From positions 22,443-86,442 of the IMG/VR virus record IMGVR_UViG_2898748948_000004: a DNA stretch of 64,000 nucleotides; one strand, given 5' to 3'. The stretch comes from a virus (lineage: Duplodnaviria; Caudoviricetes). The position numbers were made by a program, and so were the translations under genes. The notes under the pieces are model-generated. The model worked only from the letters and a program-made list of their open reading frames with translations. It was not told the DNA's origin and did not search any database. Shown here in pieces: positions 39,001 to 47,302 of the stretch. Within the stretch, counting starts at the first letter, position 1. The number at the start of each line of letters is the position of its first letter.

Positions 39001-42000
39001 CCAACGGCCGCGGCACATTCCCTCTGGATCACATCGACCCCAAGGATGACGGCGGTAAGGTCTGGGTTAAGGTGGGCGGTGAGCTGAAATTCATCCGCTA
39101 TACCAGCGTGGAGTCCATCGGTGGCCAGAGTGATTGGCTGTCGGGCCGCAGCACGCAGTCGGCCAAGGGCAGTAAAAAGGAAGGGCAGTCCCGCCTGGAT
39201 CAGCTGGTTAATTGGCTGGGTAAGGACTTCGACGGCGTGATTGCTTTCGATGAGGCACATAACGCCGGCAATGCCGTAGCCCAGAAGGGCACGCGCGGCC
39301 AGTCCCAGCCTTCCGCCCAGGCCCTGGCTGTGGTCGAGTTACAAAAGCGTCTGCCCAATGCCCGAGTGGTCTACGTGTCCGCAACTGGTGCGACCCAGGT
39401 TTCCAACCTGTCGTTCGCCACCCGTCTGGGCCTGTGGGGCCCGGCAACACCTTTTGCCGGTGTGCAGAACTTCATTGCTGAAATGACTGCTGGCGGTCTG
39501 GCGGCTATGGAGCTGGTGGCGCGCGATCTGAAACAGATGGGGGCGTACATGGCCCGCAGCCTCTCCTTTGAGGGCGTGACGTATTCCCGCGTTGAACATC
39601 AGCTGTCACCGCTACAGCAGGACATCTACAACCGTTTGGCTGAGGCGTGGCAGGTCACGCTGCAGAACATTGACGCGGCTTTGAAGACCACGGGTGCTGT
39701 GGGCGAAAACGGCAAGGGCTCTTCCTCGGCCAAGAGCGCAGCCATGTCCGCATACTGGGGAGCACAGCAGCGCTTCTTCAGCCAGGTCATCACCAGCATG
39801 CAAATGCCTTCGGTGCTTGAGCAGATGGAGCGCGACGTTGCCGATGGCAAGGCCCTGGTGCTGCAGCTGGTCAACACCAACGAGGCCCAGCAGAACCGCT
39901 CAATCGCCAAGCGCCGGGAGGAAGATGAGTCCGCCGACTTGGAAGAGCTGGATCTCACACCACGCGATGTGTTGATGCAGATGGTTGAAAAGTCGTTCCC
40001 TGTTACCCAGTTCGAGGAGCAGGAAGACGATTCGGGCAAGAAGATCCGCGTGCCCGCTAAGGATTCGCAAGGCAACCCGGTCATCAACCGGGAGGCCGTG
40101 GCCATGCGCGAAGCTCTCCTAAAGGATCTCAAGGACATCCGCGTCCCCGATGGCCCTCTGGAGATCGTGCTGAACCATTTTGGTGTGGATAAGGTGGCAG
40201 AAGTCACCGGCCGCACACAGCGCGTGGTGCGCAAGCTGGACAAGGATGGCGAGCTGAAAGCGCAACTCGAGTCTCGCGGCCCCGCATCGGCCCGCGCCGA
40301 TGCCAATGCGTTCATGGCTGACCAAAAGCCGATTCTGGTGTTCTCAGATGCTGGCGGTACCGGCTATTCCTTCCACGCTGATAACACGCAGAAGAACAAG
40401 CGCAAGCGCAGCCACTATCTGATTCAGCCTGGCTGGCGTGCGGATAAAGCGGTGCAGGGTTTCGGCCGCACTCACCGTACCAACCAGGCCAGCGCGCCTC
40501 ACTACTATCTGGCGTCCACCAACGTGCCTTCGCAGAAGCGCTTCCTGTCGGCCATCGCTCGCCGGCTGGATCAGCTGGGCGCTTTGACCAAGGGTCAGCG
40601 CGACACTGCCAATCAGGGCATGTTCAGCGAAAAGGACAATCTGGAGTCCATCTATGCGACTCAGGCTGTGCAGCAATTTTTCAAGGATGGCCAGCACCAG
40701 CAGCTGGACGGCATCAGCTTCGCGGAGTTTCTGCGCCAGACTGGGCTGGAAAGCATCATTGACGAGGAAACCAATCGCATCGCGGAAGACCGGATGCCCG
40801 ATACACGCACTTTCCTGAACCGCATGCTGTCCCTCAAGCTGGATATGCAGGAAAAGGTGTTCGATGCCTTCATGCTCCGTATGGAAGAAAAGGTGGAGAT
40901 GGCTGTGGAGCGCGGCGAGTTCGATGCTGGACTGCAGACGATTCGCGCTCTGGAATCCCGTGTGGTGGCAGATGATCTGGCTTACACCGACCCTCGCTCA
41001 GGTGCTGAGACGCGCCTGGTCGAGCTGGAGCTGACCCAGCCGACCACCATCTACCCATTCCCGCACTCCCTGCAAAAGGCTGAGTACGTGGTGAATGTGA
41101 AGTCGGGCAAGGTCTATGCAAAGACTCTGGTGGGCAAGTCAACGACCAAGGAAGGTGCGGTTGTCGATCGCTTTCGCTTCTACGGCACGGGCAGCGTCCA
41201 GTCGAAGACCGCCCCAGAGATTGCCAAGGCCTTCCGTGGCTCGACCAAGGCCGAGGCCATGAAGCTTTGGGCTGCTGAAAACGAGGCCCGCCCCAAGACC
41301 TACACCGAGCGCAAGCACATGATCGTCGGTGCGATGCTTCCGATCTGGGATCGTTTGAAGACGGACGGCTCCATTCAGGTGGCACGTACTATGACTGTGG
41401 ACGGCAGCCGCCTGCTGGGCCGCGTGATCGACAAGAAGAGCCTGCCCGATGTGCGTAAGCGCCTGAATGTGTCCTCGGCTGCATCCAAGATGAGTCCGGC
41501 CCAGGTGATGGCACAGATCCTCAAGGGGGACAAGGCTGAATTGGCCAATGGCTGGTCATTGGAACGCGCTCGCGTTTCGGACGACCTGCGTATTGAGTTG
41601 AAGAACCCCAGCGGCGGCTATATCAGCCCAGCGGTGCGCGCCGACCTGGTGGGCATCGGTTTGGTGAGCGAGCGTATCAGCTGGGCTGAGCGCCTGTTTG
41701 TGCCGACAGGTGCGGCAGGCGTTCCGGTGCTGGAGCGCTTGACCAAGAACCGCCCCGTGGTCGATCTGCAAGGCGAGCAAGATACTTCCGAGGCGCATTT
41801 CGGTGCTGGCCAAGGTGCTAAGGTCGGAAGCCGTACCGACCGGGCCGTGATGGACATGGTGCGCGAGGGCAAGTCCGCAGCTGACATCTTGGGGCTGATT
41901 GCTTCCACTTCCAAGACACCATTCAATCGCAAACTGTCGGCCCTTCTGGTGAAGGCTGGCGCTGCACCACGCATCAGCATGGGCGGCGATATGGGCGCGG

Positions 42001-45000
42001 ATGGCGGCTTCAATTTCCTGGCCAAGTACAGCCGAAAGCTCGAAGAGCTGACTTTGAGCGAGGGTGCAGCAAGTCGCGCCGAGCAGATTTTCCTGCACGA
42101 AATGACGCACGCCGCCACTCTCAAGAGCCTTGACCGCAAGGGCATCGCCTCTTTGCAGATGCGCAAGTTATATGAGCATGTGAAAAAGCAGGGCGGGGCT
42201 GCTGGTGCTTACGGCATGAAGAATGTTGGAGAATTCGTTGCCGAAGCGTTCACTAACCCGGAGTTCCAGCGTGCGCTGCGGGCCATGAAAGCGCCGGCTG
42301 GCAGCTCTCTCCAAAACGCTTGGGACGCGTTCGTGCGTATTCTCAAGGCTGTGCTGGGGCTGCCGGCCAAGTCCGAGGATGCCTTGTCACGCGCCCTTGA
42401 GCTGGGTGTACTGGTCATGCGTGAGGATAGGGCGCTGCGCCAGGCCAGCCAGAAAGATCGCGCCACGCAATCGAGCGTGCGCCAATTCTTGGACGGCAAT
42501 GCCGTGGCCAGCATGCGAGGCGACGAGGTTCCCCGCCTGGGCGGCCAGGCCCTTGTGGTCAACTGGGCTGCCAAGCACTTCGAGTCCGCGACCAAGGACG
42601 GTGCAGTCGTGCATCCTGAACTGGGCCAAATCAAGCTGGATCGCCGCAGCGCCAAGGACTCTCTGAGCCATGGCTATGGCAAAGACAAAGTACAGGCACT
42701 GTATCTGTTGCCCGAGGTTTTGCCGAAGGCGCGAGTCCTGCATACCGAATCCCGCAAGGAAGGTCAGACAGGCTATGTACTGGGAGCGCCTGTGGAGATT
42801 GGTGGCAAAGCATATGTCGCCGCCATGGTCGTGACCCAGCATGAGGGCCGTACAGGCTTGTATGTGCACGAGGTTGTGCTCAGAGAAAAGCTCCAGGGTG
42901 CCATCAATACCGGTGCTCCTGCACAAAGCCAAGGCGACATTGCGCAGTCCTCGCGGGGCAACCCTGGAGCCATTCGCAGTGTGCTTGAGCGCATCTACGC
43001 TGTCAATCCCGATGGCAACGCAGACGATGTGGCACATTTCGGGGTGAGCGATGCGGCCGAGGCTGCCAAGAACATTGGGCAAGGCCTCAAGGCAATTACG
43101 GCCACGGATGTGAAGAAGGCCGGTAGCCACAAGCTGACCGACTGGCTCAAGCTGGGCCTGCAGTTCATGGGCCGTCGCCAGTTGGTGGATATTTACGGCG
43201 ACACCATCCCCATGGCTGAGTATGACCGTCTGGTGGCTCAGATGGAAGCGGACAAGAACGATGTGGGCGCTGAGGCTGACAACCTGGCTACGCGCTGGGG
43301 CAAGCTCAAGGACGAGGTTCAACTGTCTGAGTTGATGCATGACGCCACTTTGGCCGAGATCGATGCAGACAGCAGCAAGGAGTATGTCGAAGGAGATGAC
43401 AAGGCCCAGAGTGCCGCTCTCAAGCGCCGCTTTAGTGCTCTTTCGCCGGAGGCAAAGGCCGTGTACCGGGAGGCCCGTGACCACTACCGTGAGCATCACA
43501 AGCAGGTGCGCAATGCCATCCGTGAGCGGATCATGCGCGCCGAACTCAGCAGCAAGAAGCGCCAGGAGCTGCTGGAGAAGATGGACGCTGATTTCTTCGG
43601 CTATGTGAAGGGGGTGTATTTCCCTCTGGCTCGCTTCGGCCAGTACGTGGTGGCTACCAAAGATCAGGACGGCAAGGTGATCAGCGTGTCTCGTGCCGAA
43701 ACCATGACCGAGGCCGAGCGCATGCGCGATGAAATGCGCAAGGCTTTCCCGGCCGCCAAGGGTTTCAATGTGGGCCGCGTAACGCTGAGCAAGGACTTTG
43801 TGGCAACCCATGACATGGTGGGACGCGGCTTTATGTCCGAAGTTTTCGCAGCTCTGGACAAGCACGAGATCCCCGCCGACAAGCGCGCCGAGCTTGAAGA
43901 CACGTTGGGTCAGCTGTACCTCTCGTCGTTGCCGGATCTCTCCTGGGCAAAGCATGGCATCCACCGCAAGGGAACGCCGGGCTTTAGCCAGGACGCCCGT
44001 CGAGCGTTTGCACAAAACTCCTTCCACGGTGCTCGCTATTTGGCAAAGCTCCGCTACAGCGACCTGATGGCCGACGAGTTGGACAATATGCAAAAGCATG
44101 TGGATACCATGGGAGCGTTCAAGGATGACTTTGATCAACCCAAGGCTCAGCGTGTGGTCGATGAAATGCAGAAGCGTCACGACCAACTGATGAACCCCAA
44201 GACCAACTCGCTTTCCACGGCGCTGACCAGCTTCGGCTTTATCTTCCATCTGGGGCTCTCGCCCGCCGCCGCCATGGTCAACTTGTCCCAGACTGCGCTG
44301 GTGGCCTACCCGGTGATGGGCGCAAAGTGGGGCTTTCAGAAGTCGGCAGCTGCGCTGCTGCGCGCATCTAATGAGTCGGTCAAGGGCAAAAACGACATTC
44401 GCACGCAGCTCAAGGACAAGGACGAGCTAGCCGCGTATGACGAGGCAGTGCGATCCGGTGTGATCGATGTGACCATGGCTCATGATCTGGCCGGCATTGC
44501 CCAAGGGGAGGATGCGGGCGTAATGTGGAAGTTGCGACCTGTGATGCGCGCCGCATCTTTCCTGTTCCACCACGCCGAACGTTTCAACCGCCAAGCTACC
44601 TTCATTGCGGCCTATCGCCTTGCCCGCGACGCCGGTAGTGACCACTACAAGGCTTATGAGGAAGCAGTGAAGGCTACCTATGACGGTCATTTTGACTATG
44701 GATCTGCCAACCGCCCGCGCTTGATGCAGGGCAATGTGGCCCGTGTGGTGCTGCTGTTCAAGCAGTTCGCGCAAAACATGATCTATACGCTGGGCCGCAA
44801 TGCCTACCTGGCCGCCAAGGGTGACAAGCAGGCACTCAAGACCTTCGCCGGTGTGATCACCATGCATGCGGCCGGGGCCGGTGTGCTGGGTCTACCGTTG
44901 GTGGGGCCGTTGCTGGCGCTGGCATCTGCCTTGGGTGGGGACGACGACGATCCATGGGATGCCGAGATCGCGCTGCGCAATATGATGGCCGATGTGTTTG

Positions 45001-45686
45001 GTCAGCAGGTGTCGGAAGTGATCGCTAAGGGCTTCTCGCGCTTGACTCCTTGGGATATTTCGGGACGCATCGGGCTTGATAACCTGATCTTCCCTGATAT
45101 TCGTGAGGGGCTGGAGGGCAAGATGTGGGCGCAGGAGATGGCGACTGGTCTGCTGGGCCCCGTGGTCGGCATTGGTATCAATGGCGCCCGCGGCGCTCAA
45201 CTGCTGGCTGACGGTGATTTCATGCGTGGACTGGAAAGCATGATGCCGGTTGTGCCACGCAATGCCATCAAGTCGGCCCGCTTCTTGCAAGAAGGCGCCA
45301 AGGACTCCACTGGTATCACGATCAAGGACGATGTGAGTGCTTTGGGTATTGCCGGCCAACTGGTGGGCTTTTCGCCCTCGGAAGTCCGCCTGGCCTTTGA
45401 AGGGCGTAGTGCTGTCATGAATTCGGATCGTCGCTTGAACGTGCGCCGGGCCGAGCTGCTCGGCCAGTTCTCGCATGCGGTCATGAAAAAGGACAGCGAA
45501 GCTCAGGCCGAGGCGCGCGAGGAAATCAAGGCTTTCAACGAGAAGAACCCTGGCCGCCGTATCACCAGCCCTCAAATGTGGCAGAGCGTGCGTGCGCGCC
45601 AGCGCCGCATCGATCAAGCGCAGGATGGGGTGTATCTACCTCGCAATCGACGCGACGCCATGGATGCGGGTGGTTTCGCCTTCTAG
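30039..45686 (+). CDS. Giant DarB-like polyvalent virion protein (5215 aa): ParB-like, LPD1-like, N6-MTase, Strawberry-notch SF2 helicase, zincin, LPD3-like and PLxRFG domains
   Basis: DGHHQW (~33340), HEWAH (~35775), ELLARAVEAW, EPSAGIGG/NPPF (~37450-37655), GDGTGVGKGRE, FDEAH, SATG, QGFGRTHRTNQ (~38670-40490), HEMTH (~42095), YFPLARFG (~43620). Confidence 0.92.
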   Translation: MSANDQFDPSRAVPVNSAASQKPEDDFNPGRAVPMNADNALVRGWKSMSNSVGITKDLATGDAAAVARRVKEFDDYNRVNPGSQQGQELSKAWEQGDGITGGIAGVAGEIAKDWKEAPNWVGGVRSVAGNAKAMGDGLVAQVPNMLAPMVGMVGGGVAGGAAAGPVGLAAGAWAGASAGNTLVEGGGMLMDRLNKAGINPQDTAAVEKFTREQGDAALGDAAIKGAIIGAVDAATAGAGGKILNAPARAAADRALTKMGVDMTDGAAVKAAQKSDAFKDLVAKDATFQAASSGAGNVARNVGVAALDPAGEFAGEFVGQGVATGDWDTKNAALEAISSVGQSALMYGGQKAYQAATSPLRDKRANESDKADGEPEAGNPVPLMLTNQPPDTLFTHPDGSTGRRSEMESYLNSLNDGTPAGERRMMKERARLLGYSSPEPYEFEIPDLVPWQEDYRNHSFGLPYQPLQDHLGAVQAAVRSGTQFTDQQTVDAVRSTMEDAWLEANVKQQPASAVEAASIAGQQMEQELAAAAPGETGSTAAVDAQVRTSRILSGLQNAMDSGAMGTAQSINYLNEALTRIGEQPLAQDEAARARRLLDAHAAFTGKTTPAPLPGDLAAQNPLVDEFADNAALESLVRRKPSERLGIDPSAGPNSKAAAMAVDAAQSEPATPAIDAAQPLSLQNPLLAISSSRENAAPAASPFNINGDLDGREAYQAQQIRAQQAQARAAQGSEAGGRQDQSISGIGSAPGHLGQGVGYGTAPAINNGPQVPAQNATQGQASEAQTATETGARETREPSTFSKYAGQSESSEANGAINSEAKQAAQPASDAMTIGSTPKTGDAVSVRDGVVYLGNYEALDYDSGEPITVPADATRGQVAQALRDGGVLTDRQKVFGLKDREHERISGPVAPAVQAPAPAPAANAPAPNPARLRQQKAIERINSEKGAYFFSKSKADAFLADNDLQDGYEVVQQEKAFAIKAKQAIAAAVEAEAPAAGEANPVTNQNSGTGISGRDLGDGWAEFAPESGTKSVPRAEMPQIKAEHRGAMVNFMNARGVAHEEATVPASSLKPTQREFSREKVEKAKAYTGGNRAILTSSDGHVLDGHHQWMAARENDEDVRTIRLDAPIDELVKLAHDFPSSTVADGATEGQAKEDQGEASQTAAERATQSNADFIKALAEARKELPAGFEITPMGDTISLKEKGKFAVNGLGRNRAGVEEALRQAKQRDSQNKAEAAAPEQTKGEKKKPRLAESADALWKAIKEASNGVVTERGIRYPIMEVVGGDWFMMDSNARLKLIDRGAASLSYSEPTDAQIAEFHDALEKDQVQVRVMERAGYESDYKNPKTLQILHSPSGMGFNSAARSVIHKMAFKKTEAERIESQASVKKAAEQEARKASREVERDLFRQMTAANGGMAGKSLDQVTDALKQQLGSRDASTALNPVQISRLARAIHKQLQANAAQLAKEAARDPQVKADAQAEALGNAFGEDVSPQSKGDFLLGFDHALAGKTKSTLSGAGLADMVKGYEAASEWMGTEEGAAWFEGKRRKKLENTGVDLRRHWEAMKAQMKAGESDMQKAWKQIEAATNRAELFAPYLPEGSTPGWVAYVSQLRGITKTFKQFMFDGRASWYGSVAVSRKGKEAANLEFVLDGKRYPGAMSIEQRQQWQTDPVFRMAQLREAAELYIEKVQELTAFLDGATSLKEAADRFVDTMVAEKHQEKARNRDTYYSRYERINADRLDGVLYGVHGGGVFDRGVWNGDSYDFTKFRAASPWASGLIANEATHALPTRATPLTPPKLDRVDRAMSKDHRGGKDVTPAQFKAQFGFADVGFGNWVGAKNDQDHLNYAFDAFMDLAEHFGFAPKNIGLGGVLHFTVGALGHGKFAAHFSPNHPGPNGRVQVMNLTNTKGDGTVYHEWAHALDHNLGGEWDRVKVMILNAFKFKAYEASDWERVARNFLVGGSYWQGNKNQDKVDAAIQGLRYYANTGARRGLTAYKENADKLGKDYWGNDAELLARAVEAWSADSLGGINSYLVNQDWVGDGKVTQASGYRGTPYPTGGERVVFGQYLTALAKSVKFTDGKPTVTVTDFERNLPANMGAGEVRRRELLSREGMQAYFEQVQEERAMAAEEKARLELEKQAEDKAKVDAMAEQALAELEAMSKPAVVDAPAPSESRGPLSDDDLSAIFDQAAAELREQTQEQPNVSATNEAAAISETVAATVQAAAGQADKTAAKLIAEAAKLGVTGANEALSGLAKLFGGGKGGRLNSFPAGFDEETYKAAKPHFKAALSSFQAAGKSLKDLFKLLIQNFGDGVKDYAIQFAKDEGLSAQLGKAPTAGAARSPSGVLADWVKSQLERGAADGSFDWRALFEQADSAFGGTQAEGKYTPKDAYDAMEAGVNHFILSRPGEFNPNASQDAAHIIVERLHRITQMLPTQTKRTAEQDEFQQFSTVPALAYAANWAANMDSSDTMLEPSAGIGGLAAFAKNAGAKLILNELSSRRAAVLREVFPAAKVFTENAEQIDNILPATEIPSVVVMNPPFSATAGRIQGKRDTHVGAQHVEQGLKRLADGGRLVAIVGEGMNLDRPAFADWWKGIRAKYDVRAVIPMDGSGYAKYGTTFDNAILVIDKVKPSNRPIVTTPAKTYSDLIGSLAEIRNDRPESIFPSNDRDGLELDAAEHALAESSQAGRGSAQPEQSGSDQRSDVGRAESGRGQGLGAGGGGRGSAGGSGVAGNDGAKSRPGRGAGSNDARGSRDDSATGGGGSDAAQSALSIQATEQAGDPEAGLSDSIFESYQPQRLQVPGAKPHPGPLVQSSAMAAVLPPVPTYTPNLPKETIEKGLLSIAQIEAVVYAGQAHQELLEPITVDGKDVAYRRGFFIGDGTGVGKGREISGIILDNMRQGREKAVWISEKPGLLPDAQRDYSGIGGDSKQIFNVSKTKAEEQINADKGIAFLSYATLRSGAKSQENVATPTTKAQFAKQFPKGLDVVTTNGRGTFPLDHIDPKDDGGKVWVKVGGELKFIRYTSVESIGGQSDWLSGRSTQSAKGSKKEGQSRLDQLVNWLGKDFDGVIAFDEAHNAGNAVAQKGTRGQSQPSAQALAVVELQKRLPNARVVYVSATGATQVSNLSFATRLGLWGPATPFAGVQNFIAEMTAGGLAAMELVARDLKQMGAYMARSLSFEGVTYSRVEHQLSPLQQDIYNRLAEAWQVTLQNIDAALKTTGAVGENGKGSSSAKSAAMSAYWGAQQRFFSQVITSMQMPSVLEQMERDVADGKALVLQLVNTNEAQQNRSIAKRREEDESADLEELDLTPRDVLMQMVEKSFPVTQFEEQEDDSGKKIRVPAKDSQGNPVINREAVAMREALLKDLKDIRVPDGPLEIVLNHFGVDKVAEVTGRTQRVVRKLDKDGELKAQLESRGPASARADANAFMADQKPILVFSDAGGTGYSFHADNTQKNKRKRSHYLIQPGWRADKAVQGFGRTHRTNQASAPHYYLASTNVPSQKRFLSAIARRLDQLGALTKGQRDTANQGMFSEKDNLESIYATQAVQQFFKDGQHQQLDGISFAEFLRQTGLESIIDEETNRIAEDRMPDTRTFLNRMLSLKLDMQEKVFDAFMLRMEEKVEMAVERGEFDAGLQTIRALESRVVADDLAYTDPRSGAETRLVELELTQPTTIYPFPHSLQKAEYVVNVKSGKVYAKTLVGKSTTKEGAVVDRFRFYGTGSVQSKTAPEIAKAFRGSTKAEAMKLWAAENEARPKTYTERKHMIVGAMLPIWDRLKTDGSIQVARTMTVDGSRLLGRVIDKKSLPDVRKRLNVSSAASKMSPAQVMAQILKGDKAELANGWSLERARVSDDLRIELKNPSGGYISPAVRADLVGIGLVSERISWAERLFVPTGAAGVPVLERLTKNRPVVDLQGEQDTSEAHFGAGQGAKVGSRTDRAVMDMVREGKSAADILGLIASTSKTPFNRKLSALLVKAGAAPRISMGGDMGADGGFNFLAKYSRKLEELTLSEGAASRAEQIFLHEMTHAATLKSLDRKGIASLQMRKLYEHVKKQGGAAGAYGMKNVGEFVAEAFTNPEFQRALRAMKAPAGSSLQNAWDAFVRILKAVLGLPAKSEDALSRALELGVLVMREDRALRQASQKDRATQSSVRQFLDGNAVASMRGDEVPRLGGQALVVNWAAKHFESATKDGAVVHPELGQIKLDRRSAKDSLSHGYGKDKVQALYLLPEVLPKARVLHTESRKEGQTGYVLGAPVEIGGKAYVAAMVVTQHEGRTGLYVHEVVLREKLQGAINTGAPAQSQGDIAQSSRGNPGAIRSVLERIYAVNPDGNADDVAHFGVSDAAEAAKNIGQGLKAITATDVKKAGSHKLTDWLKLGLQFMGRRQLVDIYGDTIPMAEYDRLVAQMEADKNDVGAEADNLATRWGKLKDEVQLSELMHDATLAEIDADSSKEYVEGDDKAQSAALKRRFSALSPEAKAVYREARDHYREHHKQVRNAIRERIMRAELSSKKRQELLEKMDADFFGYVKGVYFPLARFGQYVVATKDQDGKVISVSRAETMTEAERMRDEMRKAFPAAKGFNVGRVTLSKDFVATHDMVGRGFMSEVFAALDKHEIPADKRAELEDTLGQLYLSSLPDLSWAKHGIHRKGTPGFSQDARRAFAQNSFHGARYLAKLRYSDLMADELDNMQKHVDTMGAFKDDFDQPKAQRVVDEMQKRHDQLMNPKTNSLSTALTSFGFIFHLGLSPAAAMVNLSQTALVAYPVMGAKWGFQKSAAALLRASNESVKGKNDIRTQLKDKDELAAYDEAVRSGVIDVTMAHDLAGIAQGEDAGVMWKLRPVMRAASFLFHHAERFNRQATFIAAYRLARDAGSDHYKAYEEAVKATYDGHFDYGSANRPRLMQGNVARVVLLFKQFAQNMIYTLGRNAYLAAKGDKQALKTFAGVITMHAAGAGVLGLPLVGPLLALASALGGDDDDPWDAEIALRNMMADVFGQQVSEVIAKGFSRLTPWDISGRIGLDNLIFPDIREGLEGKMWAQEMATGLLGPVVGIGINGARGAQLLADGDFMRGLESMMPVVPRNAIKSARFLQEGAKDSTGITIKDDVSALGIAGQLVGFSPSEVRLAFEGRSAVMNSDRRLNVRRAELLGQFSHAVMKKDSEAQAEAREEIKAFNEKNPGRRITSPQMWQSVRARQRRIDQAQDGVYLPRNRRDAMDAGGFAF

Positions 45687-45772
45687 CTCTATGCGGGGGC
45701 ATTTGCCCCTGCATAGTGTTAAGAGAAATCGCGTTCATCTTGCACATTTCCTGCAACTTCAGGAGATTTGCC

Positions 45773-46174
45773 ATGGCCAACAAGTTCTACCCCAAGGGCG
45801 CGCAGAAGCTGCTTAGCGGCGCCATCAATTTCAGCGCCGACACCATCAAGGCCGTGCTGGTGCCTGCGGCCTATGTCTACAGCGACACCCACGAATTCCT
45901 CTCCGACCTGGGCGCGGTCGTGGGTGCGGCTGTGGAGCTGCAGAACAAGGTTGTGACAGGCGGCGTCTTTGATGCCGACGACATTTCCTTCGGGGCGGTG
46001 GCTGCCGGCAGCACGGTCAAGGCCATTGCGCTTTTTAAGGACACGGGCAGCGCGGCCACTTCTCCTTTGCTGGCTTACTACGATGCGGTCACGGGCTTCC
46101 CGTTCAGCACGAATGGTGGCGAGGTGTCCATTCCGTGGTCCGATGGCCCAGCCAAGATCCTCTCGCTGGTGTAA
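45773..46174 (+). CDS. Virion structural (tail) protein
   Basis: AGGAG RBS; DTIKAVLV, FDADDISF, PFSTNGGEVSIPW pattern of small tail proteins. Confidence 0.7.
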   Translation: MANKFYPKGAQKLLSGAINFSADTIKAVLVPAAYVYSDTHEFLSDLGAVVGAAVELQNKVVTGGVFDADDISFGAVAAGSTVKAIALFKDTGSAATSPLLAYYDAVTGFPFSTNGGEVSIPWSDGPAKILSLV

Positions 46175-46183
46175 GGAGCAGTC

Positions 46184-47290
46184 ATGCTCCGCGAGACCTA
46201 TTTCAACAATGCCGGCTTTGTGCTGGCGCAAAGTGTCCTGGCTGCGTCCACGACCCTCCAGTCAACCACGGGTCTGGAGGCGTCGGGCTTTCTCGGGATG
46301 CAAGGCCGATTCAACGTCCTTTCGTATGCGCGAGTAACGATCTCCAATCCCAATCAGCGGGAGGCGGTGGAAATCGCGTTCATTCTGACAATGAACGAGG
46401 TGGACAATACCGTGCAAGTCATGCGCGGGCAGGAGGGGACGACTGCTTTCAATTGGGATGCCGGCTCCAAAGTGGACTGCCGGGTGACTGCTGGTTTGCT
46501 CGACGGTGCGCGCGCCAATATCGCGTCCAGCGCTCGGACATTCGCCACATCAATCGGGTTCAGTGAGAACTTCAAGGCGCTGAACTACAGCCTGCAGGGC
46601 AAAAAGGGCTTTGAGCTCATCCCCAATTCATGGGGAATAGGCGGAGTGCCGGCATTGGCGCAATCTGGCGGTGACGATGCCGCTCAAAAGTTCTTTTCAT
46701 CCTCCGTAGAGGGGGTGGGTGACTCTGTGGCGGTCGAGTTGGGTGTGGCTCCCGACTACGACAGCAATCAGGTTTACTACCCCGGCGCCATCGTCAGAAA
46801 CCCAGAAGCCCCCCATCAGCTGTTTGCAGCGGGCCGCTCCACGTTGCTGGGTGAGCCCAAGCCTGCACTCGGCCAAGGCAATTGGACTGAGGTGGCGGTG
46901 GATGCAGATGGCGGCATTTTCAGGATCGGTTTTTTGTCCGGGATGGATGACCCGGATGTGTGGCTCTATCCGAGCGAAATCGGGTTTATCTGCGAAGCGC
47001 ACTCCGCCGCCAGCGTGCCCACGGTTTCGGTGGGGGCGCTGAATGCAGCTGGTGCCGTTATCAGCAAGACCAACCTGGTGAATGCTGCCGCCTTGACGGG
47101 CATCGATGGCAGCCATCAGCGCATTGTGTTGGCGACCAACATCCGGCAGGGTGTCAAGGGACTGATCTTCTCGCTGGATGCTGCCGCCACTGGTGGATCG
47201 TTCAGAGGGCGCTTTTACTGGAAAGGGCTTTTTGTCTGCACCAACACGGCTGCCGGCTGGCCAGCGGAATACGGGCCGCCACAGGGCTGA
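46184..47290 (+). CDS. Tail-associated structural protein
   Basis: VMRGQEGTTAFNWDAGSKVDCRVTAG N-terminal tail-attachment motif. Confidence 0.65.
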   Translation: MLRETYFNNAGFVLAQSVLAASTTLQSTTGLEASGFLGMQGRFNVLSYARVTISNPNQREAVEIAFILTMNEVDNTVQVMRGQEGTTAFNWDAGSKVDCRVTAGLLDGARANIASSARTFATSIGFSENFKALNYSLQGKKGFELIPNSWGIGGVPALAQSGGDDAAQKFFSSSVEGVGDSVAVELGVAPDYDSNQVYYPGAIVRNPEAPHQLFAAGRSTLLGEPKPALGQGNWTEVAVDADGGIFRIGFLSGMDDPDVWLYPSEIGFICEAHSAASVPTVSVGALNAAGAVISKTNLVNAAALTGIDGSHQRIVLATNIRQGVKGLIFSLDAAATGGSFRGRFYWKGLFVCTNTAAGWPAEYGPPQG

Positions 47291-47302
47291 TGGGTAAAGC
47301 GC

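Noticed and set aside
42387-44249. 620-aa minus-strand ORF and other long antisense ORFs within 30039-45686
   Set aside because: Shadow frames of the giant gene, which carries the real motifs
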